NCBI GenBank assembly: GCA_937907055.1
Contig: CALCTW010000094.1
Coordinates: 7,638 to 39,637, forward strand
DNA length: 32,000 bases
Reading direction: 5' to 3'
Source of the DNA: an uncultured Clostridia bacterium
GTDB lineage: Bacteria > Bacillota > Clostridia > Christensenellales > Aristaeellaceae
Under the pieces are notes generated by a model. It was not told where the DNA came from and ran no database searches. It saw only the letters and a program-made list of their open reading frames with translations. Made by a program: the position numbers and the translations under genes. Below, in pieces: positions 16,925-26,638 of this stretch. The number at the start of each line of letters is the position of its first letter. The first letter of the stretch is position 1.

Positions 16925-17190
16925 ACCGAAAGGCAATGAAGCAGAAGTTTTCCTGCTCTTCTCACCAAGCGAGCCGGCAGAGGGTGTAAGGCCGGTGTGA
17001 GAGACCTGAAAATGCCGCTGCCAAGCCGCCCGCAGGAAGGCAAAAGCCGATGGCGGGCCGGGGGTCTCCGTTAAAAGGCGTTGAGTGGGCGCGTAAAGCG
17101 AAAGCAGGGCGCGCCAAGTGAAGTGGTACCGCGAATACAGTGCGTCTGTTCGTCTTCAGGATGATGAGGCGCACTTTTTATTTCTGTTTT
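16925..17190 (+). promoter_or_regulatory. T-box riboswitch leader (Ala specifier) with intrinsic terminator
   Basis: The conserved T-box sequence AAGUGAAGUGGUACCGCG lies at 17116-17133. Its UGGU would pair with the ACCA end of a tRNA with A73. Candidate specifier codons GCC/GCU sit at 17014-17019 after a GAAAAU stretch on the 3' side of stem I. A terminator stem (17139-17147 pairs with 17167-17175) is followed by TTTTTATTTCTGTTTT. The leader is located directly upstream of alaS. Confidence 0.8.
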
Positions 17191-17251
17191 GCGTGTAAAA
17201 CAGAAAAAGTCAGATCCGTACAGCGGATCGAAAAAAGAAGGAGAAACCGCT

Positions 17252-19222
17252 ATGAAACAGTTGACCAGCAATGATCTGCGCGCGCTGTGGCTGAAGTTTT
17301 TCACCCAGAAGCAGCACGCTGTGATCGCCTCTGCCTCTGTCATTCCGGAGAATGACCCCACCGTGCTGTTCACCACCGCCGGTATGCATCCCCTCGTTCC
17401 CTATCTGCTGGGTCAGAAGCATCCTGCCGGTAATCGTCTGTGCGACGTGCAGAAGTGCATCCGCACCAAGGATATCGATGAAGTGGGCGATATGAGCCAC
17501 CTGACCTTCTTTGAAATGCTGGGCAACTGGAGCCTCGGCGATTATTTCAAGGAGAACATGATCCCCTGGAGCTGGGAATTCCTGACCGGCGAAGAATGGC
17601 TGGGTCTGGACAAGGATAAGCTGGCCTTCACCGTGTTTGAGGGCGACAGCGACTGCCCCCGTGATGACGAAGCCGGCAATCTGTGGCGCAAGTGCGGCGT
17701 GAAGGAGGATCACCTCTTCTATCTGCCCAAGAAGCATAACTGGTGGGGCCCTGCCGGTGTGACCGGTCCCTGCGGCCCGGACACCGAGATGTTCGTGATC
17801 AAGAAGACCCCCTGCGGCCCGGATTGCTCTCCCGCCTGCGATTGCGGCGCGTATCTGGAGATCTGGAACGACGTGTTCATGCAGTATAACAAGCAGGCGG
17901 ACGGCACCTTCATCCCCCTGACGCAGAAGAACGTGGATACCGGTATGGGTCTGGAGCGCGTGATCTGCGTGCTGAATGACAAAAAGAGCGTGTATGACAC
18001 CGATGTGTTCGCCGGTATCCTGGGCAAGATCGAGGAACTGAGCGGCAAGAAGTATAACGCCGATGACGAGAACACCAAGGCTTTCCGCGTGGTGGCCGAT
18101 CATATGCGTACTTCTACCTTCATTCTGGGCGATCCCCGCGGCGTGAGCCCCTCCAATGTGGACCAGGGCTACATCCTGCGCCGTCTGATCCGCCGCGCCG
18201 TGCGTTTCGGCATGAATCTGGGCCTGCAGGCCGGTTTCACCGGCGAGATCGCGCAGGTGATCATCGACCAGTATGCCGATATCTATCCCGAACTGAAGCA
18301 GAACAGCGCCTTCGTGCTGGAGCAGCTGAAGCTGGAGGAAGACCGCTTCACCCGCACCCTGCGTCAGGGCGAAAAGGAATTCGACAAGCTGTACAATAAC
18401 GTGAACATGACCCGTACCCTGCTGGAAGGCATTCTGGGCAGCGAGGACATCGCGGCTGCCGCCGCGCAGGCCGCGGAGACCAAGAAGCTGCGTCCCTCTC
18501 CCGATATGATGCCCATCATCGAAGCCGCCAAGGCCGGTGACGCCGCGCAGGTCAAGGCCGCGATCGAGAATCGCATGAGCACTCTGAACGTGCTGGACGG
18601 CCGCAATGCCTTCAAGCTGTATGATACCTATGGCTTCCCCGTTGAAATGACCATCGAGCTGGCTGCCGAGAAGGGCATGTCTGTCGATCTGGACGGCTTC
18701 AACGAGCGCTTCAAGCAGCATCAGGAGACCAGCCATGCCGGTGCCGAGCAGCGCTTCAAGGGCGGTCTGGCCGACAGCAGCGAACAGACTGCCTGTCTGC
18801 ATACCGCGACCCACCTGCTGCAGGCTGCCCTGCGCAAGGTGCTGGGTGACGAAGTGCATCAGAAGGGCTCCAACATCACGGCGGAGCGTCTGCGTTTCGA
18901 CTTCACCTTCGGCCGTAAGGTGACCCCTGAAGAACTGGCGATCGTCGAAAAGATGGTCAACGAAGCCATCGAAGCCAAGGTTCCCGTAACGCTGGAGGAA
19001 ATGACCGTGGCGGAAGCCAAGGCGCAGGGCGCGATGGGTCTGTTCGAGAGCAAGTACGGCGAGCGTGTCAAGGTGTACACCATGGGCACCTACTCCAAGG
19101 AGATCTGCGGCGGTCCTCACGCGAGCAATACCGGTGATCTGGTCTCCTTCAAGATCCAGAAGGAGGAAAGCTCCTCTGCCGGTGTGCGCCGCATCAAGGC
19201 TGTTATCGGCCGTCAGGCGTAA
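17252..19222 (+). CDS. alaS: Alanine--tRNA ligase, short form (656 aa; catalytic, tRNA-recognition and editing domains, no C-Ala domain)
   Basis: It starts at ATG 17252, after GAAGGAGA. Class II AlaRS blocks are present: DPTVLFTTAGMHP, QKCIRTKDIDEVGD, TFFEMLGNWSLGDYFK and KLYDTYGFPVEMT. Editing-site motifs HTATHLLQAAL and CGGPH are also present. The protein ends about 25 aa after the editing domain. Confidence 0.9.
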   Translation: MKQLTSNDLRALWLKFFTQKQHAVIASASVIPENDPTVLFTTAGMHPLVPYLLGQKHPAGNRLCDVQKCIRTKDIDEVGDMSHLTFFEMLGNWSLGDYFKENMIPWSWEFLTGEEWLGLDKDKLAFTVFEGDSDCPRDDEAGNLWRKCGVKEDHLFYLPKKHNWWGPAGVTGPCGPDTEMFVIKKTPCGPDCSPACDCGAYLEIWNDVFMQYNKQADGTFIPLTQKNVDTGMGLERVICVLNDKKSVYDTDVFAGILGKIEELSGKKYNADDENTKAFRVVADHMRTSTFILGDPRGVSPSNVDQGYILRRLIRRAVRFGMNLGLQAGFTGEIAQVIIDQYADIYPELKQNSAFVLEQLKLEEDRFTRTLRQGEKEFDKLYNNVNMTRTLLEGILGSEDIAAAAAQAAETKKLRPSPDMMPIIEAAKAGDAAQVKAAIENRMSTLNVLDGRNAFKLYDTYGFPVEMTIELAAEKGMSVDLDGFNERFKQHQETSHAGAEQRFKGGLADSSEQTACLHTATHLLQAALRKVLGDEVHQKGSNITAERLRFDFTFGRKVTPEELAIVEKMVNEAIEAKVPVTLEEMTVAEAKAQGAMGLFESKYGERVKVYTMGTYSKEICGGPHASNTGDLVSFKIQKEESSSAGVRRIKAVIGRQA

Positions 19223-19254
19223 GATCGTTTTCCCCGGGGCGGGGATATAAAGCA

Positions 19255-19292
19255 AAACGGGAGTGCCGTATCGCGCGGCGCTTCCGTTTTTT
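19255..19292 (+). terminator. Rho-independent terminator after alaS
   Basis: An approximately 11-14 bp stem (19255-19268 pairs with 19276-19289, including two G-U pairs) has loop TATCGCG and a TTTTTT run. Confidence 0.65.
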
Positions 19293-19519
19293 GATGCGGC
19301 ACGGCGCGGGGCGCGGCAGATTTCCGCGCGGATGAAAACACGAATCACGCTCAAAAACAGCCGAAAACACAGGTAGGATCGCTCAGAATGACGAAAAACC
19401 AGTAAAAATACAGTTTTGCGGCATCTGTCATGAATACCGCGGAGAATGTGAATAGGGTATAATAAGATCATCCGGAGTCCCGGAGCGGATGACTGAACAG
19501 ATGATGATCACCGGAGGAT

Positions 19520-20482
19520 ATGAAAATGAGGATCGTATTGGCGGAAGGCCTGAATGTACCGGAGCAGATGATCGATGCTCTGGCGGAAAAACTGACAGCG
19601 CAGGGGCATACCTTCGCCCGCTTCGCGGGAAAGCCCGTAAACGCGCAGGAGATGGCGGAAAGGATCGGGGACGCGGACGCGGCCATTATCGCCAACAGCC
19701 CTTTCCCGGATGACGCTGTGCGCGCGTGCGGAAATCTGAAAATGCTGAGTGTCGCCTTCGCGGGCGTGGACCATGTGGGAAAGGCCGCCTGCAGGGAGAA
19801 AAATATTCTGGTATGCAACGCGGCCGGATACAGCAATGAGACGGTGGCGGAGCTGGTGATCGGACAGACGCTCAGTCTGCTTCGAATGACCAGGGAAGCG
19901 GATGCCGCGACGCGCGCGGGCAAGACCTCTCTGGGCCTCATGGGCGGCGAGCTCGCCGGCAGGACCGTCGGTATCATCGGCACCGGGCAAATCGGTCTGC
20001 GTACGGCGCAGCTGTTTCAGGCCTTCGGCGCGGAAGTGATCGCCTTCTCCAGAACGGAAAAGGCGGAGGCTGTACAGATGGGGATCCGTTATCTGCCGTT
20101 GGATGATGTGATGGCGAAGAGCGACATCATTTCGCTGCACGTGCCGCTGAAGGAGGATACCCGCGGGCTGATCGGCGAAAGGGAGATCGCCCTGATGAAA
20201 GAAACAGCCGTCCTGATCAACTGCGCCAGAGGGCCTGTGGTACAGGAGGGTGCGCTCGCGGACGCGCTGAATTCCGGAAGGATCGCCGGCGCGGCGATCG
20301 ATGTGTTTGATAAAGAGCCGCCGCTGGATGAAAGTGAACCGCTCCTTTCCGCGAAGAACTGCATTCTGACGCCGCATACAGGCTTCCTGACAAAAGAGGC
20401 TATGGCGCGCCGCGCGCAGATCGCTTTTGACAATATCGCGGCGTGGCTGGAGGGCAAAGAATTGAACAAATGCGCCCTGTAA
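19520..20482 (+). CDS. D-isomer-specific 2-hydroxyacid dehydrogenase family protein (PGDH/glycerate dehydrogenase-like)
   Basis: 320 aa with the NAD-binding motif GIIGTGQIGLRTAQLFQAFGAEVIAFS, the catalytic-region LINCARGPVV, and TPHTGF. ATG 19526 has better RBS spacing and may be the true start. Confidence 0.85.
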   Translation: MKMRIVLAEGLNVPEQMIDALAEKLTAQGHTFARFAGKPVNAQEMAERIGDADAAIIANSPFPDDAVRACGNLKMLSVAFAGVDHVGKAACREKNILVCNAAGYSNETVAELVIGQTLSLLRMTREADAATRAGKTSLGLMGGELAGRTVGIIGTGQIGLRTAQLFQAFGAEVIAFSRTEKAEAVQMGIRYLPLDDVMAKSDIISLHVPLKEDTRGLIGEREIALMKETAVLINCARGPVVQEGALADALNSGRIAGAAIDVFDKEPPLDESEPLLSAKNCILTPHTGFLTKEAMARRAQIAFDNIAAWLEGKELNKCAL

Positions 20483-20534
20483 ACGGACTTTTGTTCGGAA
20501 TAGTCGCTATATTGCGGAAATATTACAAAAACAG

Positions 20535-20575
20535 ACACAAGATGTTGTGGAAACACGGATCTTGTGTTTTCTTTT
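20535..20575 (+). terminator. Rho-independent terminator after the dehydrogenase gene
   Basis: A 9-bp stem, ACACAAGAT (20535-20543) pairing with ATCTTGTGT (20559-20567), is followed by TTTCTTTT. Confidence 0.7.
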
Positions 20576-20756
20576 GCCCTGTTTTCAGGGTAAAAAGCGC
20601 TGTTTCAGAGGCAGCGCGAGTCATATAAACGTCCATTTCAACACACCCGGGCAGGTGGACAGATGTCAAAAAGCGAAAATCCCATAAAATAAAGGCTGAA
20701 CGCCTGTTGGAGAGGTGAAAATCGCAAAAAAATTTTTTCCGAGGGGCAAAAAATGC

Positions 20757-20785
20757 TTGATTTATGGAAATAAATCGTCTATAAT
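20757..20785 (+). promoter_or_regulatory. Strong sigma-A promoter of the S10 ribosomal operon with A/T-rich UP-like element
   Basis: TTGATT (20757-20762), a 17-nt spacer, then TATAAT (20780-20785). It is preceded by AAAAAAATTTTTT...CAAAAAA (about 20725-20753). Confidence 0.65.
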
Positions 20786-21019
20786 GTGGCTGTTGTCTGT
20801 TTATGGGTTGAAGCGGTAGGTTGCCGCTCTTGGCCAAGAGCGGGTAATTACCGTGGACCATGTCGGGACAAGATCCCGGCGACGGACTCACGCGCATCAG
20901 AATGCGCATTTGGATTCCGGGCCCAAAACGTTAAGTCGCTGTGACCTGCGAAGCAGCCGACGGACAATGCGGGACTCCCACCGGAAACCGCGAGTACGAA
21001 ATCTTAAGGAGGAAGCAAA
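20786..21019 (+). promoter_or_regulatory. Long structured 5' leader of rpsJ (candidate ribosomal-protein leader RNA)
   Basis: About 230 nt lie between the promoter and the rpsJ ATG. The region contains a 20-nt perfect palindrome (20824-20843, CCGCTCTTGGCCAAGAGCGG), a GCGCAT/ATGCGC hairpin (20892-20907) and further GC-rich pairings. It has no ORF. Confidence 0.4.
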
Positions 21020-21328
21020 ATGGCCAACCAGAAGATCCGCATCAAGCTCAAGGCGTATGAGCACAATCTCATCGACCAGTCTGCAGAGCGCATTGTGGAA
21101 ACTGCCAAGCGCACGGGCGCCAAAGTATCAGGCCCCATCCCGCTGCCCACTGAGAAGGAGATCGTCACGATCCTCCGTTCTCCCCACAAGTACAAGGACA
21201 GCCGTGAACAGTTTGAACGCCGCACTCATAAGCGTCTCATCGACATCCTGAACGTCAATCAGAAGACCGTGGATGCCATGATGAAGCTCGATCTTCCCGC
21301 CGGCGTTGAAATCGAGATCAAGCTGTAA
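21020..21328 (+). CDS. rpsJ: 30S ribosomal protein S10
   Basis: [21 protein letters not shown]... 102 aa, preceded by RBS AAGGAGG. Confidence 0.98.
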   Translation: MANQKIRIKLKAYEHNLIDQSAERIVETAKRTGAKVSGPIPLPTEKEIVTILRSPHKYKDSREQFERRTHKRLIDILNVNQKTVDAMMKLDLPAGVEIEIKL

Positions 21329-21345
21329 GGCAGGAGGAAGTAACA

Positions 21346-21990
21346 ATGAAGAAAGCAATCATCGGCAAGAAGCTGGGTATGACCCAGATCTTCCTGGAGG
21401 ACGGCCGCCTCGTGCCCGTCACTGTCATCCAGGCCGGCCCCTGCACCGTGGTGCAGAAGAAGACCATCGAGAAGGATGGCTACGAAGCCGTTCAGATGGG
21501 TTTTGAAGAGGTTCCCGCGAACCGCGCCGAAAAGCTTGTGAACAAGCCTCAGGCCGGTCACTTCAAGAAGGCGGGCGTTGCCCCCATGCGCAAGCTGCGT
21601 GAATTCCGTCTGGACGACAGCGCTTCTTACGAAGTCGGTCAGGTCGTCAAGGCTGACGTGTTCGCCGAGGGCGATTGCGTCGACGTGAGCGGCATCAGCA
21701 AGGGTCACGGATTCAGCGGCGCCATCTACCGCTGGCATCAGCACACCGGTCCTATGGCTCACGGTTCCAAGTATCACCGTGGTCTGGGTTCCATGAGCGC
21801 CAACTCTGATCCTTCCCGCGTTTTCAAGAACAAGCACATGCCCGGTCATTACGGTGTTGAAAAGGTCACCATCCAGAACCTGGCGGTCGTCAAGGTGGAT
21901 GCGGAACGCAGCCTGCTGCTGGTCCGCGGCGCTGTTCCCGGCCCCAAGGAAGGTCTGCTGATCATCCGTAACACCTGCAAGAAGGCTTAA
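21346..21990 (+). CDS. rplC: 50S ribosomal protein L3
   Basis: [16 protein letters not shown]... 214 aa, in the conserved operon position. Confidence 0.98.
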   Translation: MKKAIIGKKLGMTQIFLEDGRLVPVTVIQAGPCTVVQKKTIEKDGYEAVQMGFEEVPANRAEKLVNKPQAGHFKKAGVAPMRKLREFRLDDSASYEVGQVVKADVFAEGDCVDVSGISKGHGFSGAIYRWHQHTGPMAHGSKYHRGLGSMSANSDPSRVFKNKHMPGHYGVEKVTIQNLAVVKVDAERSLLLVRGAVPGPKEGLLIIRNTCKKA

Positions 21991-22007
21991 TTTAGGAGGA
22001 AACCAAA

Positions 22008-22625
22008 ATGCCGAATATTCCTGTGGTCAACATGCAGGGCAAAGAGGTTGGCACGATGGAACTCAAAGATGAGATCTTTGCAGTAGAAGTCAACACCGCC
22101 GCGATGCACCTGGTGGTCCGCTCCTATCTGGCTGCCCAGCGTCAGGGCACTCAGAGCGCGCTGACCCGCGGCATGGTCCGCGGCGGCGGTCGCAAGATCT
22201 ATCGTCAGAAGGGCACCGGTAACGCTCGCCATCATGGCAACCGTGCTCCTCAGTTCCGTCATGGCGGCGTTGTGTTCGCTCCCTCGCCCCGTGATTATGT
22301 GATCAACGTTCCCAAGAAGGTCCGCCGCCTGGCGATGAAGAGCGCCTTCACTTCCAAGCTGAATGACATCATCGTCGTTGACGAGATCAAGTTCGCCGAA
22401 GCGAAGACCAAGTACATGGCCAAGATGCTGAAGGACCTGGGCGCCGAAAAGAAGACCCTGATGATCCTGAACGGCAAGGACACCGATGTGATCCGCGCCG
22501 GCAAGAACATCCCCACCCTCAAGGACGCCTATGTTAACACCATCAATGTCTATGACCTGCTGAACAACGAAAAGATCATCGTTGTGAAGGCCGCCATGGA
22601 AAGCATCCAGGAGGTGTACGCATGA
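22008..22625 (+). CDS. rplD: 50S ribosomal protein L4
   Basis: 205 aa with KGTGNARHHG-type motif (QKGTGNARHHGNRAPQFRHGG). Confidence 0.97.
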   Translation: MPNIPVVNMQGKEVGTMELKDEIFAVEVNTAAMHLVVRSYLAAQRQGTQSALTRGMVRGGGRKIYRQKGTGNARHHGNRAPQFRHGGVVFAPSPRDYVINVPKKVRRLAMKSAFTSKLNDIIVVDEIKFAEAKTKYMAKMLKDLGAEKKTLMILNGKDTDVIRAGKNIPTLKDAYVNTINVYDLLNNEKIIVVKAAMESIQEVYA

Positions 22626-22918
22626 AAGATCCCCATGATATCATCCTGCGCCCTGTCCTGACCGAAAAGGGTTATGACGGGATCGCCGATAAGAAGTATG
22701 TCTTCGAAGTCGCCAAGGATGCCAACAAGATCGAGATCAAGCAGGCTTGCGAGATCGTCTTCCCCGGCATCAAGGTCGCGAAGGTCAACACTCTGCGCAC
22801 CATCGGCAAGATGAAGCGTCAGGGCACCCACGAAGGCCGCACCCCTGAAGTGAAGAAAGCCTACGTAATTCTGACTGAAGAATCCAAGCCCATCGAGTTC
22901 TTCGAGGGTATGGTTTAA
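22622..22918 (+). CDS. rplW: 50S ribosomal protein L23
   Basis: 98 aa, DIILRPVLTEKG..., with an ATGA overlap with rplD. Confidence 0.97.
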   Translation: MKDPHDIILRPVLTEKGYDGIADKKYVFEVAKDANKIEIKQACEIVFPGIKVAKVNTLRTIGKMKRQGTHEGRTPEVKKAYVILTEESKPIEFFEGMV

Positions 22919-22933
22919 GGAGGGCATAAGATA

Positions 22934-23764
22934 ATGGCTATTCGAGTTTATAAGCCGACTTCGGCTGCCCGCCGCTTTATGTCGGTTCTGACTTACGAAG
23001 AGATCACCAAGAAGACTCCTGAAAAGTCCTTGACTGAAACTCTGAAGAAGCATGCCGGCCGTAACAAGCAGGGCAAGATCACCGTTCGTCATCAGGGCGG
23101 CGGTAACAAGATCAAGTACCGCGTGATCGATTTCAAGCGCAACAAGCTGGACATCCCCGCTAAGGTTGCCGCGATCGAATACGATCCCAACCGCAGCGCC
23201 TTCATTGCTCTGCTGAACTATGCAGACGGCGAAAAGCGCTACATCCTCTGCCCCCTGGATCTGCACGTGGGTGACACCGTTGTCGCCGGCCCCAACGCCG
23301 ACATCAAGCCCGGCAACGCGCTGCCCATCGCCAACATCCCCGTTGGTACGCTGATCCACAACATCGAGATCAAGCCCGGCCGCGGCGGCCAGATGGTTCG
23401 TTCCGCCGGTGCTTATGCTCAGCTGATGGGTAAGGAAGGCGCCTACGCTCAGGTGCGTATGCCCTCCGGCGAATATCGTCGTGTCGCGATGAACGCCATG
23501 GCGACCATCGGTACCGTCGGCAACACCGATCACAGCAACGTGAACATCGGTAAGGCCGGCCGCAAGCGTCACATGGGCATCCGTCCCACCGTCCGCGGTG
23601 TTGTCATGAACCCCTGTGATCATCCCCACGGCGGTGGTGAAGGCAAGTCCCCCGTTGGTATGCCTTCTCCTGTTACCCCCTGGGGTAAGCCCGCTCTGGG
23701 CTACAAGACCCGCAAGCACAAGAAGTATTCTAACAAGATGATCGTAAAGCGTGCTAGCAAGTAA
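22934..23764 (+). CDS. rplB: 50S ribosomal protein L2
   Basis: 276 aa, [17 protein letters not shown]...[19 protein letters not shown]. Confidence 0.98.
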   Translation: MAIRVYKPTSAARRFMSVLTYEEITKKTPEKSLTETLKKHAGRNKQGKITVRHQGGGNKIKYRVIDFKRNKLDIPAKVAAIEYDPNRSAFIALLNYADGEKRYILCPLDLHVGDTVVAGPNADIKPGNALPIANIPVGTLIHNIEIKPGRGGQMVRSAGAYAQLMGKEGAYAQVRMPSGEYRRVAMNAMATIGTVGNTDHSNVNIGKAGRKRHMGIRPTVRGVVMNPCDHPHGGGEGKSPVGMPSPVTPWGKPALGYKTRKHKKYSNKMIVKRASK

Positions 23765-23796
23765 GCCCATAGCGATCGAAAGGAGGCAAACCCCAC

Positions 23797-24075
23797 ATGA
23801 GCCGTTCTGTTAAAAAGGGCCCTTATGTAGAAGAAGCGCTGTATCAGCGCGTCGTCAAAATGAATGAATCCGGCGACAAGCAGGTCCTGAAGACCTGGAG
23901 CCGTTCCTCTACCATCTTCCCTGAGTTTGTTGGTCACACCATCGCCGTCCATGACGGTCATAAGCATGTGCCCGTTTACATCACCGAAGATATGGTAGGC
24001 CACAAACTTGGTGAATTCGCCCCCACCCGCACTTACCGCGGACATGCCGGCGAAAAGGCCAGCGGTCGTAAATAA
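23797..24075 (+). CDS. rpsS: 30S ribosomal protein S19
   Basis: 92 aa, [13 protein letters not shown]...[29 protein letters not shown]. Confidence 0.98.
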   Translation: MSRSVKKGPYVEEALYQRVVKMNESGDKQVLKTWSRSSTIFPEFVGHTIAVHDGHKHVPVYITEDMVGHKLGEFAPTRTYRGHAGEKASGRK

Positions 24076-24098
24076 GGGAAGGAAGGAGCAATAAAACA

Positions 24099-24482
24099 AT
24101 GGCTACTAATACCCGTGAAAAGGGCATTGCCCGCGAAGAAAATCGCGACAAGCGTCCTCACGCTATTGCCAAGAACATTCGCCTGTCTTCCTCCAAAGCG
24201 AAGATCGTTCTCGATCTGATCCGCGGCAAGCAGGTCGACCGTGCTCTGGCGATCCTGGAATTCACTCCCAAGGCTGCTTCTCCCGTCATCGCGAAGGTGC
24301 TCAAGAGCGCTATCGCTAACGCTGAGAATAACCTGGACATGGACCGCAGCAACCTCTACGTTGCTGAGTGCTTCGCCAACCAGGGTGCCACCCTCAAGCG
24401 CTATGTTGCCCGCAGCCGCGGCAGCGCGTCCCCCATGCTCAAGCGCACCTGCCACATCAGCGTTGTGCTGGACCAGAAGTAA
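24099..24482 (+). CDS. rplV: 50S ribosomal protein L22
   Basis: 127 aa, [23 protein letters not shown]... Confidence 0.96.
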   Translation: MATNTREKGIAREENRDKRPHAIAKNIRLSSSKAKIVLDLIRGKQVDRALAILEFTPKAASPVIAKVLKSAIANAENNLDMDRSNLYVAECFANQGATLKRYVARSRGSASPMLKRTCHISVVLDQK

Positions 24483-24497
24483 GAGGGAGGAAATAAA

Positions 24498-25169
24498 ATG
24501 GGACAGAAAGTTAATCCGCATGGTGCCCGCGTTGGCGTGATCTTCGACTGGAGCACTCGCTGGTACTCCGATAAGAAGAATTTCGCCAAGCAGCTCAAGG
24601 AAGACTATGAACTGCGCAACATGCTCAAGGAAAAGTTTTATGCGACCGGCATCAGCCGGATCGATATCGAGCGCTCTGCAAGCCGTATGACTGTGAACCT
24701 GTTCACCGGCAAGCCCGGCATGATCATCGGCCGCGGCGGTAAGGGCATCGAGGAACTCAAGGCTGAAGTTGAAAAGTTCGTCGGTCATGCTGTGAACATC
24801 AACGTCATGGATGTCAAGAATCCTGATGCCGATGCTCAGCTGATCTCCGAGAACATCGCTCAGCAGCTGGAAAAGCGTATCGCTTTCCGCCGCGCGATGA
24901 AGAGCAGCATCCAGCGCGCGATGAAGGCCGGTGCCAAGGGCGTCAAGGTCTCCATCAGCGGCCGTCTGGCCGGTGCCGATATTGCCCGCAGCGAGCAGTA
25001 CCATGAGGGCTCCATCCCGCTGCAGACCCTGCGCGCCAACATCGACTATGGCTTCGCAGAGGCTAAGACCACTTACGGCCGTCTGGGCGTAAAGGTTTGG
25101 GTATACAAGGGACAGATCCTGCCCAAGCCCAAGAAAGTCGCTGCGGCAGCTACCGAAGGAGGCAAGTAA
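24498..25169 (+). CDS. rpsC: 30S ribosomal protein S3
   Basis: 223 aa, [13 protein letters not shown]..., KH domain, [12 protein letters not shown]. Confidence 0.98.
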   Translation: MGQKVNPHGARVGVIFDWSTRWYSDKKNFAKQLKEDYELRNMLKEKFYATGISRIDIERSASRMTVNLFTGKPGMIIGRGGKGIEELKAEVEKFVGHAVNINVMDVKNPDADAQLISENIAQQLEKRIAFRRAMKSSIQRAMKAGAKGVKVSISGRLAGADIARSEQYHEGSIPLQTLRANIDYGFAEAKTTYGRLGVKVWVYKGQILPKPKKVAAAATEGGK

Positions 25170-25173
25170 TCCT

Positions 25174-25623
25174 ATGTTGATGCCTAAGAGAGTTAAGCAC
25201 CGCAAGCAGTTCCGCGGCCGTATGAAGGGCGCTGCCCACCGCGGTAACTTCATTGCCTACGGTGATATCGGCCTTGTGGCCATGGAACCCCATTGGATCA
25301 CTTCCCAGCAGATCGAAGCTGCTCGTGTGGCGCTGACCCGTTACACCAAGCGCGGCGGTCAGGTGTGGATCAAGATCTTCCCCGACAAGCCCGTGACCGC
25401 GAAGCCCGCTGAGACCCGCATGGGTTCCGGTAAGGGTGCTCCGGAATACTGGGTCGCGGTCGTTAAGCCCGGCCGTGTGCTGTTCGAGGTTGGCGGCGTT
25501 GACCTGACGGTCGCCCGCGAGGCTCTGCGTCTCGCCGGCTCCAAGCTGCCCCTCAAGACCAAGATCGTACTGCGCGAAGATGCGCCTAATCCTAATGTAG
25601 AAGCGGGTGGTGAAAGCAAATGA
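25174..25623 (+). CDS. rplP: 50S ribosomal protein L16
   Basis: 149 aa, [19 protein letters not shown]... Confidence 0.97.
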   Translation: MLMPKRVKHRKQFRGRMKGAAHRGNFIAYGDIGLVAMEPHWITSQQIEAARVALTRYTKRGGQVWIKIFPDKPVTAKPAETRMGSGKGAPEYWVAVVKPGRVLFEVGGVDLTVAREALRLAGSKLPLKTKIVLREDAPNPNVEAGGESK

Positions 25624-25817
25624 AGGCCAGCGAATTCGCAGCTATGACTGCTGAAGATCTCCAGAAGAAGATCGGCGAACTGAAGACCGAGCTGTTTAAC
25701 CTTCGTTTCCAGCTTGCCACCGGTCAGCTTGAAAACACCATGCAGATCCAGCAGGTGAAGCGTGACATTGCCCGTGCTATGACCGTGCAGCGTCAGAATG
25801 AACTCAAGGCTGACTGA
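25620..25817 (+). CDS. rpmC: 50S ribosomal protein L29
   Basis: 65 aa, [21 protein letters not shown], with an ATGA overlap with rplP. Confidence 0.95.
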   Translation: MKASEFAAMTAEDLQKKIGELKTELFNLRFQLATGQLENTMQIQQVKRDIARAMTVQRQNELKAD

Positions 25818-25840
25818 GAGCTGTGAAAGGAGAAAACACA

Positions 25841-26101
25841 ATGTCTGAAGTAAGAGGACTCCGCAAGACCCGCATTGGCGTGGTCGTAAGCGACAAAATG
25901 GACAAGACGATCGTTGTCTCCCTGTCCACCCGCGTGCGTCATCCCCTCTATGGCAAGTTCATCAACAAGAGCGTGAAGCTGAAGGCGCATGACGAGAACA
26001 ACGAGTGCGGCATCGGCGACACCGTCAAGATCATGGAATGCCGTCCCCTGTCCAAGGACAAGCGCTGGCGCCTGGTCGAGATCGTTGAGAAGGCCAAGTA
26101 A
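25841..26101 (+). CDS. rpsQ: 30S ribosomal protein S17
   Basis: I chose ATG 25841, after AAAGGAG, giving [26 protein letters not shown]... The track ORF starts earlier at a non-ATG codon (25823). Confidence 0.96.
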   Translation: MSEVRGLRKTRIGVVVSDKMDKTIVVSLSTRVRHPLYGKFINKSVKLKAHDENNECGIGDTVKIMECRPLSKDKRWRLVEIVEKAK

Positions 26102-26256
26102 GGAGTCGCCTGACGGCAGGACCGGAAATATCACTTCCTATTATATATAGCCTGTGATCAGTCCGGTCCCTCCGGGAGACCGGAGGAGTAAGTAAGCGAC
26201 CTCTCATGGGGGAAGCCCCCGCCATGAAGAGGAACCTATAAAGGAGGAAACCCCGT
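26102..26256 (+). promoter_or_regulatory. Structured 155-nt spacer at the S10/spc operon junction
   Basis: Three hairpins with no following T-run:
- Nested hairpin: 26119-26126 pairs with 26162-26169, with inner pairing 26130-26134 to 26154-26158.
- CTCCGG/CCGGAG hairpin at 26170-26185, extendable to 7 bp (26169-26186) by using c26169, which the first stem also uses.
- GGGGG/CCCCC hairpin at 26208-26220. Confidence 0.4.
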
Positions 26257-26625
26257 ATGATTCAGCCGCAAACGCGACTCAAGGTAGCCGATAACTCCGG
26301 CGCCAAGGAAATCATGTGCATCCGTGTGCTGGGTGGTTCCTTCCGCCGTACCGGCAGCATTGGTGACATCATTGTCGCCTCTGTGAAGACCGCTACCCCC
26401 GGCGGAAATGTCAAGAAGGGCGATGTCGTTAAAGCCGTTATCGTCCGTTGCCACCAGCCGAAGCGCCGCCCCGATGGTACCTACATCCGCTTCGATGATA
26501 ACGCTGCCGTTATCATCGGCGGTGACAAGATGCCCAAGGGCACCCGTATCTTTGGGCCTGTGGCCCGCGAACTTCGTGAAAAGGATTTCATGAAGATCGT
26601 ATCTCTCGCGCCCGAAGTACTGTAA
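26257..26625 (+). CDS. rplN: 50S ribosomal protein L14
   Basis: 122 aa, [27 protein letters not shown]... Confidence 0.98.
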   Translation: MIQPQTRLKVADNSGAKEIMCIRVLGGSFRRTGSIGDIIVASVKTATPGGNVKKGDVVKAVIVRCHQPKRRPDGTYIRFDDNAAVIIGGDKMPKGTRIFGPVARELREKDFMKIVSLAPEVL

Positions 26626-26638
26626 GGAGGACGAAAGC

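Noticed and set aside
17210-19471. 753-aa minus-strand ORF
   Set aside because: It is antisense to alaS, and its upstream end runs through the alaS terminator. It has no conserved motifs.
22550-25253. Two 406-aa minus-strand ORFs (22550-23770 and 24033-25253)
   Set aside because: Both are antisense to rplW/rplB and to rpsS-rplP respectively. Ribosomal protein genes on the plus strand explain the region completely.
26206-26241. 11-codon mini-ORF (MGEAPAMKRNL) in the rpsQ-rplN spacer whose stop overlaps the rplN RBS
   Set aside because: It has no RBS and its ATG lies inside a predicted GC hairpin. It is too short to support without conservation data. It is noted only as a possible coupling uORF.
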